NCBI RefSeq assembly: GCF_009834535.1 | Contig: NC_045697.1 | Span: 65,102,001 to 65,166,000 of the forward strand | Source of the DNA: Camelus ferus | Lineage: Eukaryota | Length of the DNA stretch: 64,000 bases | Direction: 5' to 3' | Shown: one piece after another, positions 1-12,378 of the stretch | Layout: every line of letters starts with the position of its first letter | How positions within the stretch are numbered: position 1 is the stretch's first letter | Translations under genes and position numbers: made by a program | The notes under the pieces: model-generated | What the model was told of the DNA's origin: nothing | Database searches by the model: none | What the model saw: the letters and a program-made list of their open reading frames with translations, nothing else

Positions 1-382
1 ATGAAATAAATATTTTTTAAAGATATAGTAAAAATTTATTAAAGATGTAATTTTTAACAGAGTAGGAATTGCTTTTCCTTCCCTAGAAATCATACAGTGT
101 ATAACAATGGCTGATACAAAATCAGAATTGCTAGTTTCTCATTTTGTAGAGAAGTAACATGAATATTGCCTACGGAATAGTAAAGTTACATTATGAAAGG
201 ATTTTTATTATCAAAAAGTGAACTTACAAAGTCTCAGATTTACAGTTTTTTCAACTACTGAATGTACCTCATGATTTAACTGTAAGATAACTTAGCATGG
301 ACAAATGTCTACTTTCTGAGAAGAGATTTGAAGTAATGAAAAACTGCTTAATGAACATATATATAGCCTGATATCTTATAGG

Positions 383-434
383 GTGTGTGTGTGTGTGTAT
401 GTGTGTGTGTGTGTGTATGTGTGTGTGTGTGTGT
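383..434. repeat. Compound microsatellite (GT)8AT(GT)8AT(GT)8
   Basis: Read directly from the sequence. Confidence 0.97.
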
Positions 435-759
435 AATGTAGTCAATAAGCAAAATTTCCAAAATCTTACTAGCATTAAAAAGGATGAATTAGAAAGGCTG
501 TCTTCCACATCATATTTATCAGTAAGCTCTTGCAGTTTTATCTGATGAGCTATGTTTTTGGTTGATTACCTCTAGTGTGATAATAAAATGAAGCTCATGC
601 TCTTTGTTCAGTTTAATTACCTTTTGTAAAAAAATCATTTAACATTATATTATCGCTATTTTACCATGCCATCAAACATGCTTCTAAAACGTGTTTTTAA
701 ATGTCCCAACAGCATTACACCATATAAGTGTGTCATAAATTAAGCATGTCTCTCTGTTT

Positions 760-1030
760 AGGGGAATTTCCTTAAAATTGTTTCCTAAGAGTGAAATTGC
801 TGAGTTAATGTATAAATATATATGCATGACTCAATACATTTTTTGCAAAAAAAATGTAGTGACTAATACATCTACTTTCAGTGATAATGTATATTTTACA
901 ATACCCTTTTAGATAAATACTGCCTATCATTTTATTTGTATTTTTGCCAATTTGATAGGTACAATCATGCCAGTATGGTTTTAATTTGCATTTTTGTAAA
1001 TTTGTAATAGATGGTTTTTAATATGCTTTT
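760..1030 (-). mobile_element. Old L1 (L1M-type) fragment, ORF2 3' region
   Basis: Degenerate antisense L1 motifs: gaaattgctgagtta, tttttgccaatttgatagg, ggttttaatttgcattt. Boundaries approximate. Confidence 0.6.
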
Positions 1031-1902
1031 AAGTTGATTACTTTTTTTCTGTTTAAAATATAGCTATATGTTAGTGAGTATAATCTGTTATGTAAAAGCA
1101 GGAAAAGGATAACTAAGATTTTGGAAAGACTACATCTATACTATTTTCCTGTTTAAAACCTGGAAGTCTAACATAAATATATGTGTGATGGCTATAACTA
1201 ATTTTAGTACATGAAAATTAACAGATATTTCTTTTTCTTTTTCTTTCTTTCCTTTTTTCCCTCTACATTTTGTGTGCATAAGAAAGTTTTATTTAAACTT
1301 CTTTATCAAATTCAGGATTAGTGCATAGCTTTATGGTTAAGAAAAATTGCAGCTCATATGTGGCCTAAAAGGAGAAATATGAATGATATATTGCCTAGAA
1401 TCACACAGTTAGTTTTTTAGGTAATAGAACACATTATAGACTGTATGATCATGTTTCTTTCCTTGACAGTTACCCAAATCAAAATCATTTCATTTGCAAA
1501 TTGAAGTATGATGAATTAATCAAACCTCTGAAGAACACAAAAGGAGATATCATATGTTAATGAAATGTGCAACATTTACTTTTTTATTCTGTCACTTATT
1601 CTAGGCCTATATGAATCAACTATAAAGATAAAGTGAATGACTTTCTTTTCTAATCTGGGAGTGATAAGAGATTTTATATATAAATAGAAATATTTTTCCA
1701 GGAAGAAACACATTCATTTCAAACAACTCAGTTACTCAATGTTGTGTGTGTGTGTTTGTGTTTGTGAGTGTGTGTGTTTGAATTTGATGTACTTTTTCTC
1801 TGATAACATATCAGTCTTATGAGTCTGTGACAGTGTGAGAGCACAAATGGAAAGCAATCTGGAGACACTGCTGTTATACAAACAGATTTAAAAAAATAGT
1901 GC

Positions 1903-1941
1903 TGTGTGTGTGCATGTGCACGCGCGCGTGTGCGTGCACAT
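1903..1941. repeat. Alternating purine-pyrimidine tract (TG/CA/CG) with a (CG)4 core
   Basis: tgtgtgtgtgcatgtgcacgcgcgcgtgtgcgtgcacat. Confidence 0.9.
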
Positions 1942-3994
1942 TTGGGAGTTTTGAAAGAGGGAGGGGATTTGTGCAGTAACTTTTAAATATTTTGAATAGA
2001 ATAGATTAAATAGATCAACTATTTGTTGAATTTGTAATTTATTGAATATCTAAATATTAAGGACAAGTTTTAAAAAGAAAATATGGCAAAACATTTTTTA
2101 AAAAATGATTACTGAATGACAAGCCAAAATAGGCTTTACAACTTCATAGGTGACTGAATGTTAGTCTGTGATTGGCTCTTTTCCAGCGGTAGAACTGGCA
2201 GACTTCAGATAGGGAGCTAAATGCGACTCTGCTGTGATAAGAAATGGGAAAAAAATAGAAAAAGTAATTGCTTTAGCAGTGATCTAGTTTAGAAATGATA
2301 CATTCTTTCAGGTAGAATTCAGTAACCTTTCCATCCCTTGCCCACTCTTTGAGCACTCTGTGAGGTCAGATGTCTCTGTCTAGGGAGGTGGAAACTGTTT
2401 AGAAACCTGCTACCATCCAAAATATTGCAACTGAAATAATGTTAGTATAGTTGTGCACTAAGGCTTGTTGTTCTTTGTGTATGTGAGCATGAGGTGAAAA
2501 GGAACTATCTCTTAAAGATTTTTCTATCTAATACTCTTCGGGATCTAATGAGATCAGTCAACTTCAGATAAACATCCTGATGCTGAACTCACAATTGGGC
2601 ATCTCTGTGTACTGACCCATTTTTCTTTAGCTGTTCTCACAGAGGAATGGCAGTGTATGTTAAGGGCAGAAGAAATGCCTATTTTTATGTGACTATTTGA
2701 GAAAGGAAACAAGACAAGTCAATAAAGATTTAGCAAAGTTTGGCTTTTGGATTTGTTCTGTTTTGCTCCTCTGACCAGCCACACATGTTTAGGAAACTAA
2801 TCCTTTACTTTGACAGACTTATTCTGCGTTACACCTTCTACTGAGTTTTCTGAAAAAGCAAAAAGTATTTTGTCCTCTGGCATTCACACACCAGGTGGTC
2901 TAATTTTTGCCTGTTGGCTCACAATAGGTGTTTGGAGGTTTTCTCCCTGACCTGAATCGATTCTCCAACTGACAGAGCAAAGTAAATCTTGGACAAAAAC
3001 AACCGAGAATATGTTTCCACTAGCAAGGTCAGTGTAAATTATGGAGGATTTATGTACTAAGGTGATGTATTAGAACCCTATGAGTGCTTTTGTTTGAATA
3101 GAAATATCAAAATATCAAGGCATGTTGACTTAGACAGATATATGATTTTTTAAATACAGTTTTGATTATTAGTTAATGTTACTTCACTCTCCTGATGCTT
3201 CATTTGTTGCACAACTAAGGCATGGACAGTTTTCTGTGTCAGTCCTACAAGAAACAGGGTTAGTCCCATTTAATTTTTTAGTAGCAAGCTTCTTCTGATA
3301 GTGACAGAAAGCAAGCATGGCAATAGGATATGTTTGTCCTCCTAATCACTGGCTTCAGAAGTTTTGTTCTACTTTCCATTATTTATATAAATATTTGAAA
3401 ATGTACTTAAGTTTTATAATTTTGACATCATTTGAAGTAATATATACTAGAAAAAACATCACCTTCTAGGTAATTTAGTTTCTTTCTTTTTTTAAACTCT
3501 GGTATTTAATTGTATTTCAGTTAAGGGATGTGGTATTATTCAGCTGTTTTGGGAATTACTTGGCAAATCCATATTCAAGTAATTTACACTGATCATATTT
3601 TTGTAGATTTTGTTCCTATTCTCTTTCAGTATTTTGATTTACTAGTATAAAAAACTAAATATTTTTCTCTGTTCTTCTAAAATGAACTCTTTAGTTTTCT
3701 CTAGATGCTCGCTAGGTTTCAGGTATCTTTTTGAAGATAAAAAGTAGAACTACACTATCATAGGTATATATATTCTATGGATTTTACCTATATGGAGATA
3801 GGTTAATGTTTTCTCATATTTTCAGTACTCTTTTGATTATTCCAATGTTTTTCATTACTGGAACAGAATTATGATTAAGCTTTTTAATTTTTAGATTAAG
3901 TCTAAGCCTGTTGAGTGAAAGAAAATTTACAACTGTAGATTTTACGGTGTGCCATATAAAAACTTCTCCAAAAGTAGCAACAGAAAATTTTATT

Positions 3995-4365
3995 TTATCT
4001 TTTAAATAAATAACATATGCACATGTACAAATTTTAAAAAGCATAAAGTCCAGTGATTAGTTTTCTACCCACCACTGTGGCCCAACTATCCATTTCTTTT
4101 TTAGAACTATGTTGTAGATTTACAATCAAATCCTTATTTCCTATCCCTTTTTATTTAAATTGCTTTATACTGCACATGTTGTTCTACACCTTGCTTCAGG
4201 TTTAGTGTTCTTAGTATTCTTTTTATGGCTGCATACTGTTCTGTGTATGAGTAATTTATTTAACCTTTGCTCTATTGATAGACAAAATAAGGTTTACCCA
4301 GTCTTTTTCTGTTGGAAACAATGATTCAGTGAAATGTTATGTACATATTTTTTGAAGATATATCT
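3995..4365 (-). mobile_element. Old L1 (L1ME-like) 3' fragment
   Basis: ttctttttatggctgcatactg, ctattgatagaca, aacaatgattcagtgaa resemble the antisense L1 3' end. Confidence 0.6.
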
Positions 4366-4579
4366 GGTAGCTTTTTTAAAGAAAGTTGTGGGTAATTATG
4401 ACATCAGTGATGGCAAGGACCAGATAAGCATAAATTGATGTTATAATCCAGTGTATAATACAGTTTTGGAACAGGCCAAGCTGGATTTTCTCTCTGCACT
4501 GCCCATTTTGGACTCCTCATGTTTCAGGCTCCTTTTCCATTGTGTTTTATTTTCTAATTCAGTAAACCCTGTACATGAG

Positions 4580-4993
4580 TGTATTCATTTTCTAAGACTG
4601 CTGTTACAGAGTACCACAAACTAGATAGCTAAAAACAACAAAAAATAATTGTCCTATAGTTCTGGAGACTAAAAGGAAAAAAATCAAGATGTCAGCAGGG
4701 CTTGTTAGCAGGGCTATGTTCGTCCTGAACCTGTCCAAGAGAATGTTTTGCTTCTTCCTAGTTTCCAGTGGTGGCTGTCAAGCCCTGGCCATCCCTGGCT
4801 TTCAGCCCTGTCGCTCCAATTCCTACCTCTTTTGTCATAATGGACACCAGTATTAGATCAGGGCCCAGAATAATTATCTCATTTTAATTTGATCGTATCT
4901 GCCAAGTTCTTATTTACATATAAGTTCACTTTCACAGGTTCTGGGAGTTACAATTTCAACATTTTTAAAGAGGGGGCATAATTCAAACCATAA
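4580..4993 (-). mobile_element. MLT1-family (MaLR) solo LTR, MLT1C/D-like
   Basis: Starts tgtattcattttctaagactgctgttacagagtaccacaaact, contains aatcaagatgtcagcagggc, ends gggggcataattcaaaccata. Confidence 0.85.
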
Positions 4994-5865
4994 AGTTAAA
5001 TAATAGAAGGTAACCCCAGTGCTTCAGTAATCTTGTAAAACTGATGTCCCAAAGTAAGCTCTGTATTCCAGAGTTTAATTGTATATATTATATCATTTAC
5101 CTAAAACTCCATGTAGTATATGACTATATCTTTAGATTGTAGTCTACTATAAATACTGGTGCTTTTAACATTAGGAAAATTCAGTAAGGAAAAATTTATA
5201 GTTTCATATTCAAATTGTGCTGAACTTTTCTGTAATCTCACAGTTTTTGTCTGTCACATCAAATTGGAAAATAAGTATGTTTTGTTTTCTCTTTATTCGT
5301 AATGGGCCTAGTCAAGCAGTAATTAGTTGATGTGGCTCATTTTACTGCATTTAATAGGGATCAATAACCAGAATTATTGTTCAAGTTTGTCATCAGATAA
5401 CAAATCACAGCAAACAAATCCAACAGGAGTCAATGTGATGACTCATTAGCAATGAGCTCTCACCAAGAGCGCTAACTAGCTGAAGATGTCACACCATATT
5501 GTTTTATGTGAAGCAGATAGCAATAATAAAATCAGGTTCTTAAAACTGACACCAGGAATGTACTCTATTTTTATTTTAGGGCTTTTCTGCTTTTAAAATA
5601 CTGAAACTAATTTATGTCCTTTTTGTTGTTCTTATCATTTGTTTTAAAATGCGTATTTTTAAATTTCTTGAAGATCACATCTGATTGATGCTTATGATTT
5701 TTATAAAGTCTATCCCTAAAAAATATTTACTATGTTTTATGTCCTGTCCTCTCACTTGACTATTATGTTCAATTATGCAGTTATTTTTAACAATTTCTTC
5801 ATGAAATCAAGTGCACTGTGCACCCACACACATGCACATACACAGAGGTCCATATACTCTCTCAT

Positions 5866-5866
<1 letters not shown>

Positions 5867-5900
<34 letters not shown>
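5867..5900. repeat. (CA)17 microsatellite
   Basis: Read directly from the sequence. Confidence 0.97.
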
Positions 5901-5903
<3 letters not shown>

Positions 5904-6309
5904 ACATGCAGATCATAAATTCTAAAGCATGCTGAAAGAGAATTCAAATAAATATTTATATGACAGCTAATCTAACTCCAAATCTCCCAATTATACTATC
6001 ATGACTCATGAATATCTGCTCTTCTCTACTATTACATTCTTAGAAATGAAGTAGATCAAGAGTGGGATGTTGGGATGGGGAGTAAACCATTTTCTGGTGG
6101 TGGTAGAACATATTTTCTCCAGAAGAATGGACAGTATTTTCTAGAACATAAATATCTAACTTCTCAGATATATTCTCAAGTATATTCTTTGGTATATTTT
6201 TGTCTTATTATGATTCCTTGATTTATTATTTTATAACATCTATACAGATATTCAAGTCATCCTCCAAGTGTAGGCAGGAGAATTTGTCCTCCTGACCAAA
6301 TTGTTGTTT

Positions 6310-6595
6310 ACTGATTTAATTTTATAAAGTACCTACCCTATGCCAGAAACTAAGCTGAATTTTAGAAATAAAGAAGAGTATAGACCCTGATGACTCAAGT
6401 ATAACAAAGTTAATATACTATGTGAAGAGTTCAGTAGGAAACTCTAAGTACAGCTTATAGAAATCTATAGCTGAACAACAAGTCATGAACTCTTACCCTA
6501 TGCAAGGAACTCTCCCAGGTGCTATTGAAGATAATAGGAAGTAGTGAGCAAGGTCTCTGCCCTCAAGAGTTCACCATTTAATTGGGGAGAGAAGG
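6310..6595 (-). mobile_element. L2 3' fragments
   Basis: cctaccctatgccag and ggtctctgccctcaagagttcacc...ggggagag are typical antisense L2 3' motifs. Confidence 0.6.
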
Positions 6596-6894
6596 CCTGA
6601 AGTGGATGTCAAGTTAAAGTTACAAGAAAAATGTGTGGTATTAAGGATTTATTTCCTTGTATGCCATATAGGTGTCATGATAGCCCTTTGTGTGAATTCA
6701 GGTGAGGGGTGGTCACTTTGGCAGAAGGGGTATAGGGTGGACCACACAGAGGACAAAGCCTTTGACTTATACATTGGATGAAATAGGATTTGGATAATAT
6801 TTTAATCTTATTATTCATATTATACAATCTCCCATTCAGATTTAGTGGATTCTGTCTTTCTCTTTTGAAAGCATAGGTAGTAATTAAAGCTAAC

Positions 6895-7110
6895 TTAGTC
6901 AATAGTTTATGTGACAATAGTTTATGTATTGTGCTAAGCACTTTAATGATTATGAGGATGCTCTGATATAGACACTATTAACATGACCATTTTAGGATGA
7001 GAAATTGAGGCATGGGAGAGATTATAAAACTCTCCTTGGCTCATGTAGCTCAGAAGTAGTAAGTGTAGTCGAACCCAGGCAGTATATTGACAAAGCTTAC
7101 CCACACTTCA
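6895..7110 (-). mobile_element. MIR SINE
   Basis: tgtgctaagcacttta, ccattttaggatgagaaattgaggcatgggagag, gaacccaggcagt (MIR core). Confidence 0.8.
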
Positions 7111-7756
7111 TATTCTCTCCCCACTTAAGCTAACTACCTGATACAACGGGTCAGTATGATCAAGTTTATGTTTTAAATTAGCAACATCCTTGAATAAATG
7201 TCCAAATAAATTGTATTATATCTGGGAGCAGTAAGAATTGTAGTGGATTAATTAAGAAAACTAATTAAACTTGGTTCACCATTTGGTTGGATTGATTTTC
7301 TGCCACAGAAGTCAACCCATCAAATAATTAGGAAATATAGAAATAATTAAAAGCTAAATCAGCTAATTTTTATTTGAATAAAAATTTAAATGCTTAATGG
7401 TAAAATTTAATTATTTTTACATTTTAAAACTCAGATAAATTAAGAAAATTATTTTTATATTCAGTATAAATTCTTTATTATTTTTAATATTGGTTATTTT
7501 ATTTATTTACTTGTTTGCTTGTTTTTATTGTTGTTTGTAAATATTATTTACTTAGTAGGTAGAGAAGTTTAGTTCATGTTTGGAAATTTGAAGAAAGGAG
7601 GCTCTTTGTTACATATTACTTGATATTACAGCTTCAGCTCTCTGAAGTATTTTTTGAATTTTAATGTAATTCAAATTCAGTTGAGATGCATTTTAATTAC
7701 ACAATGAAATTGGATATTTTTCAAATTCTGGAATTAATTATCTCTGTTGCATTCAG

Positions 7757-7762
7757 GATTAT
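7757..7762 (+). other. Candidate 6-nt microexon (GATTAT) of an unidentified + strand host gene
   Basis: tctctgttgcattcag|GATTAT|gtaagt. Consensus GTAAGT donor, no AG from 7686 to 7754, TGC just upstream of the acceptor, frame-preserving length. Confidence 0.5.
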
Positions 7763-7984
7763 GTAAGTATCCGGGAAAATGTGCAAGAACAAGAATGTGC
7801 ACAAGCAAGGGAGAACCATTTAGATGTCTCCAAAAAAAAGTCTGTCAGTGGGCAGCAAAAATTCTATTTGAAGTCTTCTCTGACCATTTGATTTAGAAAT
7901 AATTTCTCATTTTTTGGAAGTGTAAGAAGAGTTATAGCACGTATCTGTCAACACTCTATAATACTTTGGGGTATTTACTTACCT

Positions 7985-8085
7985 CCTATTTGTAATGAAT
8001 GTTGTTGTCTTGAGGGCAGGGACCCTGTGTGTGTTATCTGTAGCACCTAGCATAACATCAGGCTGAAAAAAGTATGATGAATAAT
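7985..8085 (+). mobile_element. L2 3' end
   Basis: cttgagggcagggaccctgtgt...tctgtagcacctagcata. Confidence 0.7.
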
Positions 8086-8517
8086 TTTCACTTTGCAGAG
8101 AAAAGATTTGATGTATAAACACAGATGAGTAGAACTGAGTGATAAACCATAGCAGATGTTCATTACACTCATTGTGTGATGCTCTGGTGCTATTCATAAT
8201 CTCTCTAACTTTCGCAACCCTCTAAGGTAGATCCAGTCTCCATTTAACAGATTAACAAACATGAGATTGTAAAAATTAAATCAGTTCATAAAAATCCTGG
8301 CTCTGTTGTAAAAGGAAAACCGCTGTTAGATGACAGAGATCTGGTTTTCAAGTCTTCACCTTTACTTTTCTAGATTTTGTGTCTTGTTTTGGAGTTACTT
8401 CAGTAATAATCAGTTTTGAGCCTCAAAGCCAGGCTCTCAGGCCACCTAAATAAAGAGATAGAAACTACATCTTGTCTCAGTTTAAATAGTGCAGAATACA
8501 TTATTACCCTTAAAAGA

Positions 8518-11500
8518 ATCATATGTTAAGAGTACGTTTTGTTTTGTAAGAAACTACCGAAGTGTCTTTAGAGGTGGCTGTACTATTTTAAATTCCCACC
8601 AGCGATGAATGAGAGTTCCTCTTGCTCTACATCCTCACCAGCATTTGGTGTTGTCAGTGTTCTGAGTTTTGGCCATTCTAATAGGTGTGCAGTGACATCT
8701 CATTATTTTAATTTGCATTTCTCTGATGATGTGAGGTCACATGTTTATTTACTATTTGTATATCTTCTTTGGTGAGGTGTCTGTTGTCTTTGGACATTTT
8801 TTGGTCAGATTGTTTGTTTTCTTAAATCGTTGAGTTTTAATAGTTTGTTGTGTATCTTGGATAAAAGTCCTTTATCAGATAGGTCTTTGCAAATATTTTC
8901 TCCAAGGCTGTGACTTTTCTACTCATTCTCTTGACAATGTCTTTCTCGGAGCTGAGAATTTTAATTTTAATAAAGTACAATTTATCAGTGATTTCTCTCA
9001 TGGAGTATGACTTTGGTGTTCTACCTAAAAGTCATCACCATAGCCAAGATCATATAGATTCTTTTTCCTGTGTCATCTTCTAGGAGTTTTATAGCTTGGC
9101 ATTTTATATTTAGGTCTGTGATTGATTTGAGTTAATTTTTGTGAAAGATGTTAGGTCTTTGTGTAGGTTTATTATTTTTTGGCATGTTTATGTCCAGTAG
9201 TTTCAGCACTGTTTGTTGAAAAGACAGTGCATTGCTCCATTGTATTGCCTTTGTTCCTTTGTCAAGGATCAGTTCACTGTATTTATGTGAGTCTATTTCT
9301 TGGCTCTCTATTCTGTTACATTGATCAATTTTCCGGTTTTTCACCAATACCACACAATCTTTATTTCTGTAGGTTTATAATACATCTGAAAGTAGGTAGC
9401 ATCAGTCTTCAAACTTTGTTCTTCTCTTTCAATATTTTGTTGGCTATTCATGGTCTTTTGCCTCTCTATATAAACTTTAGAATCAGGTTTTTGATAATCA
9501 GAAAATAACTTACTGGGATTTTGACTGGGATTGCATCGAATCTTTAGATCAAAGTGGGAGGAACTGACATCTTGACAATAGAGTCTTTATATCCACTAAC
9601 ATGGATATTATTTAGTTCTTCTTTGACTTCTTTCATCAGATTTTCCTCACTTAGAGGTACATATTTTGTTAGATTTGTACCCAAGTATTTCATTTTGGAA
9701 GGTGCTGATTTTAATGGTACTGTATTATTAATTTCAAATTTCAGTTGTTCATTGCAGGTATATGAGAACATGATTGATTTCCACATAGCAATCTTTTACC
9801 CTGCAATATTGCTGTAATCACTTACAACGTCAGACTTTTTCTGGTTGATTCTTTGTGATTTTTCTATATAGATGATTATATTATCTGCAAACAAAGAGCT
9901 TTATGTCTTTCTTCCCAGTCTGTATGTTTCATTCTCTTCTCCTATCTTATTGTGCTAGCTATAACTTCCAATAATACAGTGTTGAACATGACTGGTGAGA
10001 CAGGACATCCTTGCCTTGTACCTGATCTTAGTGGGAAGGCGTCAAGTTTCTCACCATTGAGTATGATGCTAACTGTGGGTTTTTTTGGTAGATATTTATC
10101 AAGTTGAGGATGTTCTCCTGTATTCCTTGTTTACTGAGAGTTTTTACCATGAATGAATGTTAGACTTTGTCAAATGCTTTTTTTCTGTATCTAGTGATAT
10201 GATGGTGCCATTTTTTCTTTTTTAGTCTGTTGATGTCCTGGATTACATTAATTGACTTTTGAATGGTGACTCAGCTTTGCATAATTGGCATAAATGCTAC
10301 TTGATCTTAGTGTATAATTCTTCTGTACATTATTGGATTTAATTTTCTAATATTTTCTTGGGAATTTCTGAAGCTATGTTCATGAGAGATACTGGTCTGA
10401 AGTTTTCTTATAATAACTTTGTCTAGTTTTAGTATTATGATAATTCTGGCCTCAAAGAATGAGTTTGGAAGCATTTCTTCTCCTGATCCTCTGAAAGAGA
10501 TTGTAGAAATTTGATATAAATTCTTTTTTAACTGCTTGATGGAATTCATCAGTGAACCCATCTGGGCCTGGTGCTTTCTGTTTGGAGGTTATTAATTACT
10601 AATTCAATTTCTTTAATAGCTATAGGCCTATTCATATTGTCTCTTTATCTTGTGTAAATTTCAGCAAAATTTTGTCTTTTAAGGAATTGAACCATCATCT
10701 GGTTATCCAGTTTATGGGCATAGAGTTAATATAGCTTGACATAGTATTCCTTTTTTTTTTTTTTTAACATCTATGGAATCTATAGAAATGTCCTTCTCTG
10801 CTTTCATTTTTGATATTAGTAATTTGTGTCTTCTTTCATTTTTTATTACTTTTCATACTTAGAGGTATCAATTTTACTAATTTCTTCAAAGAACCAATTT
10901 TTGGTTTGTTGATTAAATTTTGTTGAGTTCTCCTCCAATTCTTATTATTTCTTTTCTTCTGCTTACTTTGGACTTAATTTGCTCTCTTTTTTTACTTGCC
11001 TAAGGTAGAAACTTAGGTTACTGATTTTAGATCTTTTTTTATAATAACATATAGTAAATGTTATAAATTTTCCTCTAAGTAATGCTTCTGCTGCTGTTCA
11101 TGTAAATTTTGAAAAGTTGTGTTTTTATTTTATTTCAAACTATTTAAAATTTCTCTTTAAATTTCTTCTTTGATCCATGTGGCATTTAAAGGTGTGTCAT
11201 TTAATCTCCACATATTTTGAGATTTTCCACTTTTCTCCCTGTTATTGGTTTCTAGTTTAATTCCACTGTGTTCTGAGAGAGGACATTGTATGATTTCTGT
11301 TCTTTTAAGTTTACTGAAGTATGCTTTATGACTCCTAAAGAGAGAATGTGATATATCTTGGACTATTTCCCTGTGAGCTTGAGAAAAATGTATTTTTGCT
11401 ATGGTTGAATGAAGAAGTCCATATAGGCGAATTATATCTAGTTAATTCATGGTGTTGTTGAGTTCAACTTTGTCCTTACTGGTTTTCTGTCTGCTGGATT

Positions 11501-12378
11501 TGTATATTCTGTTGATGGTTTTTTCTCTCAACACTTTAAATATTACTACCCTCTGCTATTCTCATTTGTATCATTTCTGAAGAAAAGTTGGACATAATTC
11601 TCATATTTTTCCCTCTATAGTTGGGTGTTTTTTCCTCTGGCTTCTTTCAGAATTTTTTCTTTATCTTTGATTTTCTACAACTCAAAAATGATATACCTAG
11701 ATGTAGTGTATTTGATTTATCCTTTCTGTTGTCATGGATCTGTGGTTTGGTGTCTGACATTAATTTGGGGGAAGTTCTCAGTTACTATTTTTTCAAATAC
11801 TTCTTCTGTTCCTGTCTCTCTTTCTTTTCGTAGTATTCCCATTACATATGTGTTGCACCTTTTGTATTTGTCCTATAGTCCTGTGATAATATGTTTTTTT
11901 TCCCAGTTTTTGTTCTTTTACTTACAATTTTTGAGGATTCTATTAATATACCCTCTAGCTCAGGCAGTTTTTTTTCCAGCCTTATCAAATCTATTAATAA
12001 GCCCACCAAAGGCATTCTTCATTTCTGTTACAGTATTTTTTTTTCTCTAGCATTTCATTTTGGATTAGAATCTTAGGATTTCCATTTCTTTGCTTACATT
12101 GCCTGTCTGTTCTTGCATATTATCTACATTATCCATTAAACCCCTTAACTTATTAGTCATAGTTGTTTTAAAACTCAGTAGAACAATTTCAATATCCCTG
12201 CCATGAATGCATCTGATGCCGGTTATCTTGCTTTGAATTGTGTTTTATGCCTTTTTTTATACCTTGTCATTTTTTTCTTGATAGCCAGACATGATGTACT
12301 GGGTAAAAAGAACTGCTGTAAATAGACTTACTTAGGTAGTGGTGAGGTGTAGGGGGAAGGAGAATTGTTCTATAGTTC
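8518..12378 (-). mobile_element. Old L1 (L1M/L1MC-like), segment 1: decayed ORF2, ORF1 and part of the 5' region
   Basis: Minus-strand remnant peptides KNRKIDQCNRIESQEIDSHKYSELILDKG (9132-9353), KSIMFSYTCNEQ...KYLGTNLTK (9544-9786) and LPNSFFEARI (10307-10561) match L1 ORF2 motifs. Many stops and frameshifts, with an apparent internal deletion near 11510. Confidence 0.93.

Noticed and set aside
269..508. His/Thr-repeat ORFs (also 5732-5935)
   Set aside because: They are translations of (CA)n/(TG)n microsatellites.
8075..8138. C/D-box snoRNA-like ATGATGA...CTGA
   Set aside because: It overlaps an L2 tail and has no terminal stem or recognisable rRNA guide.
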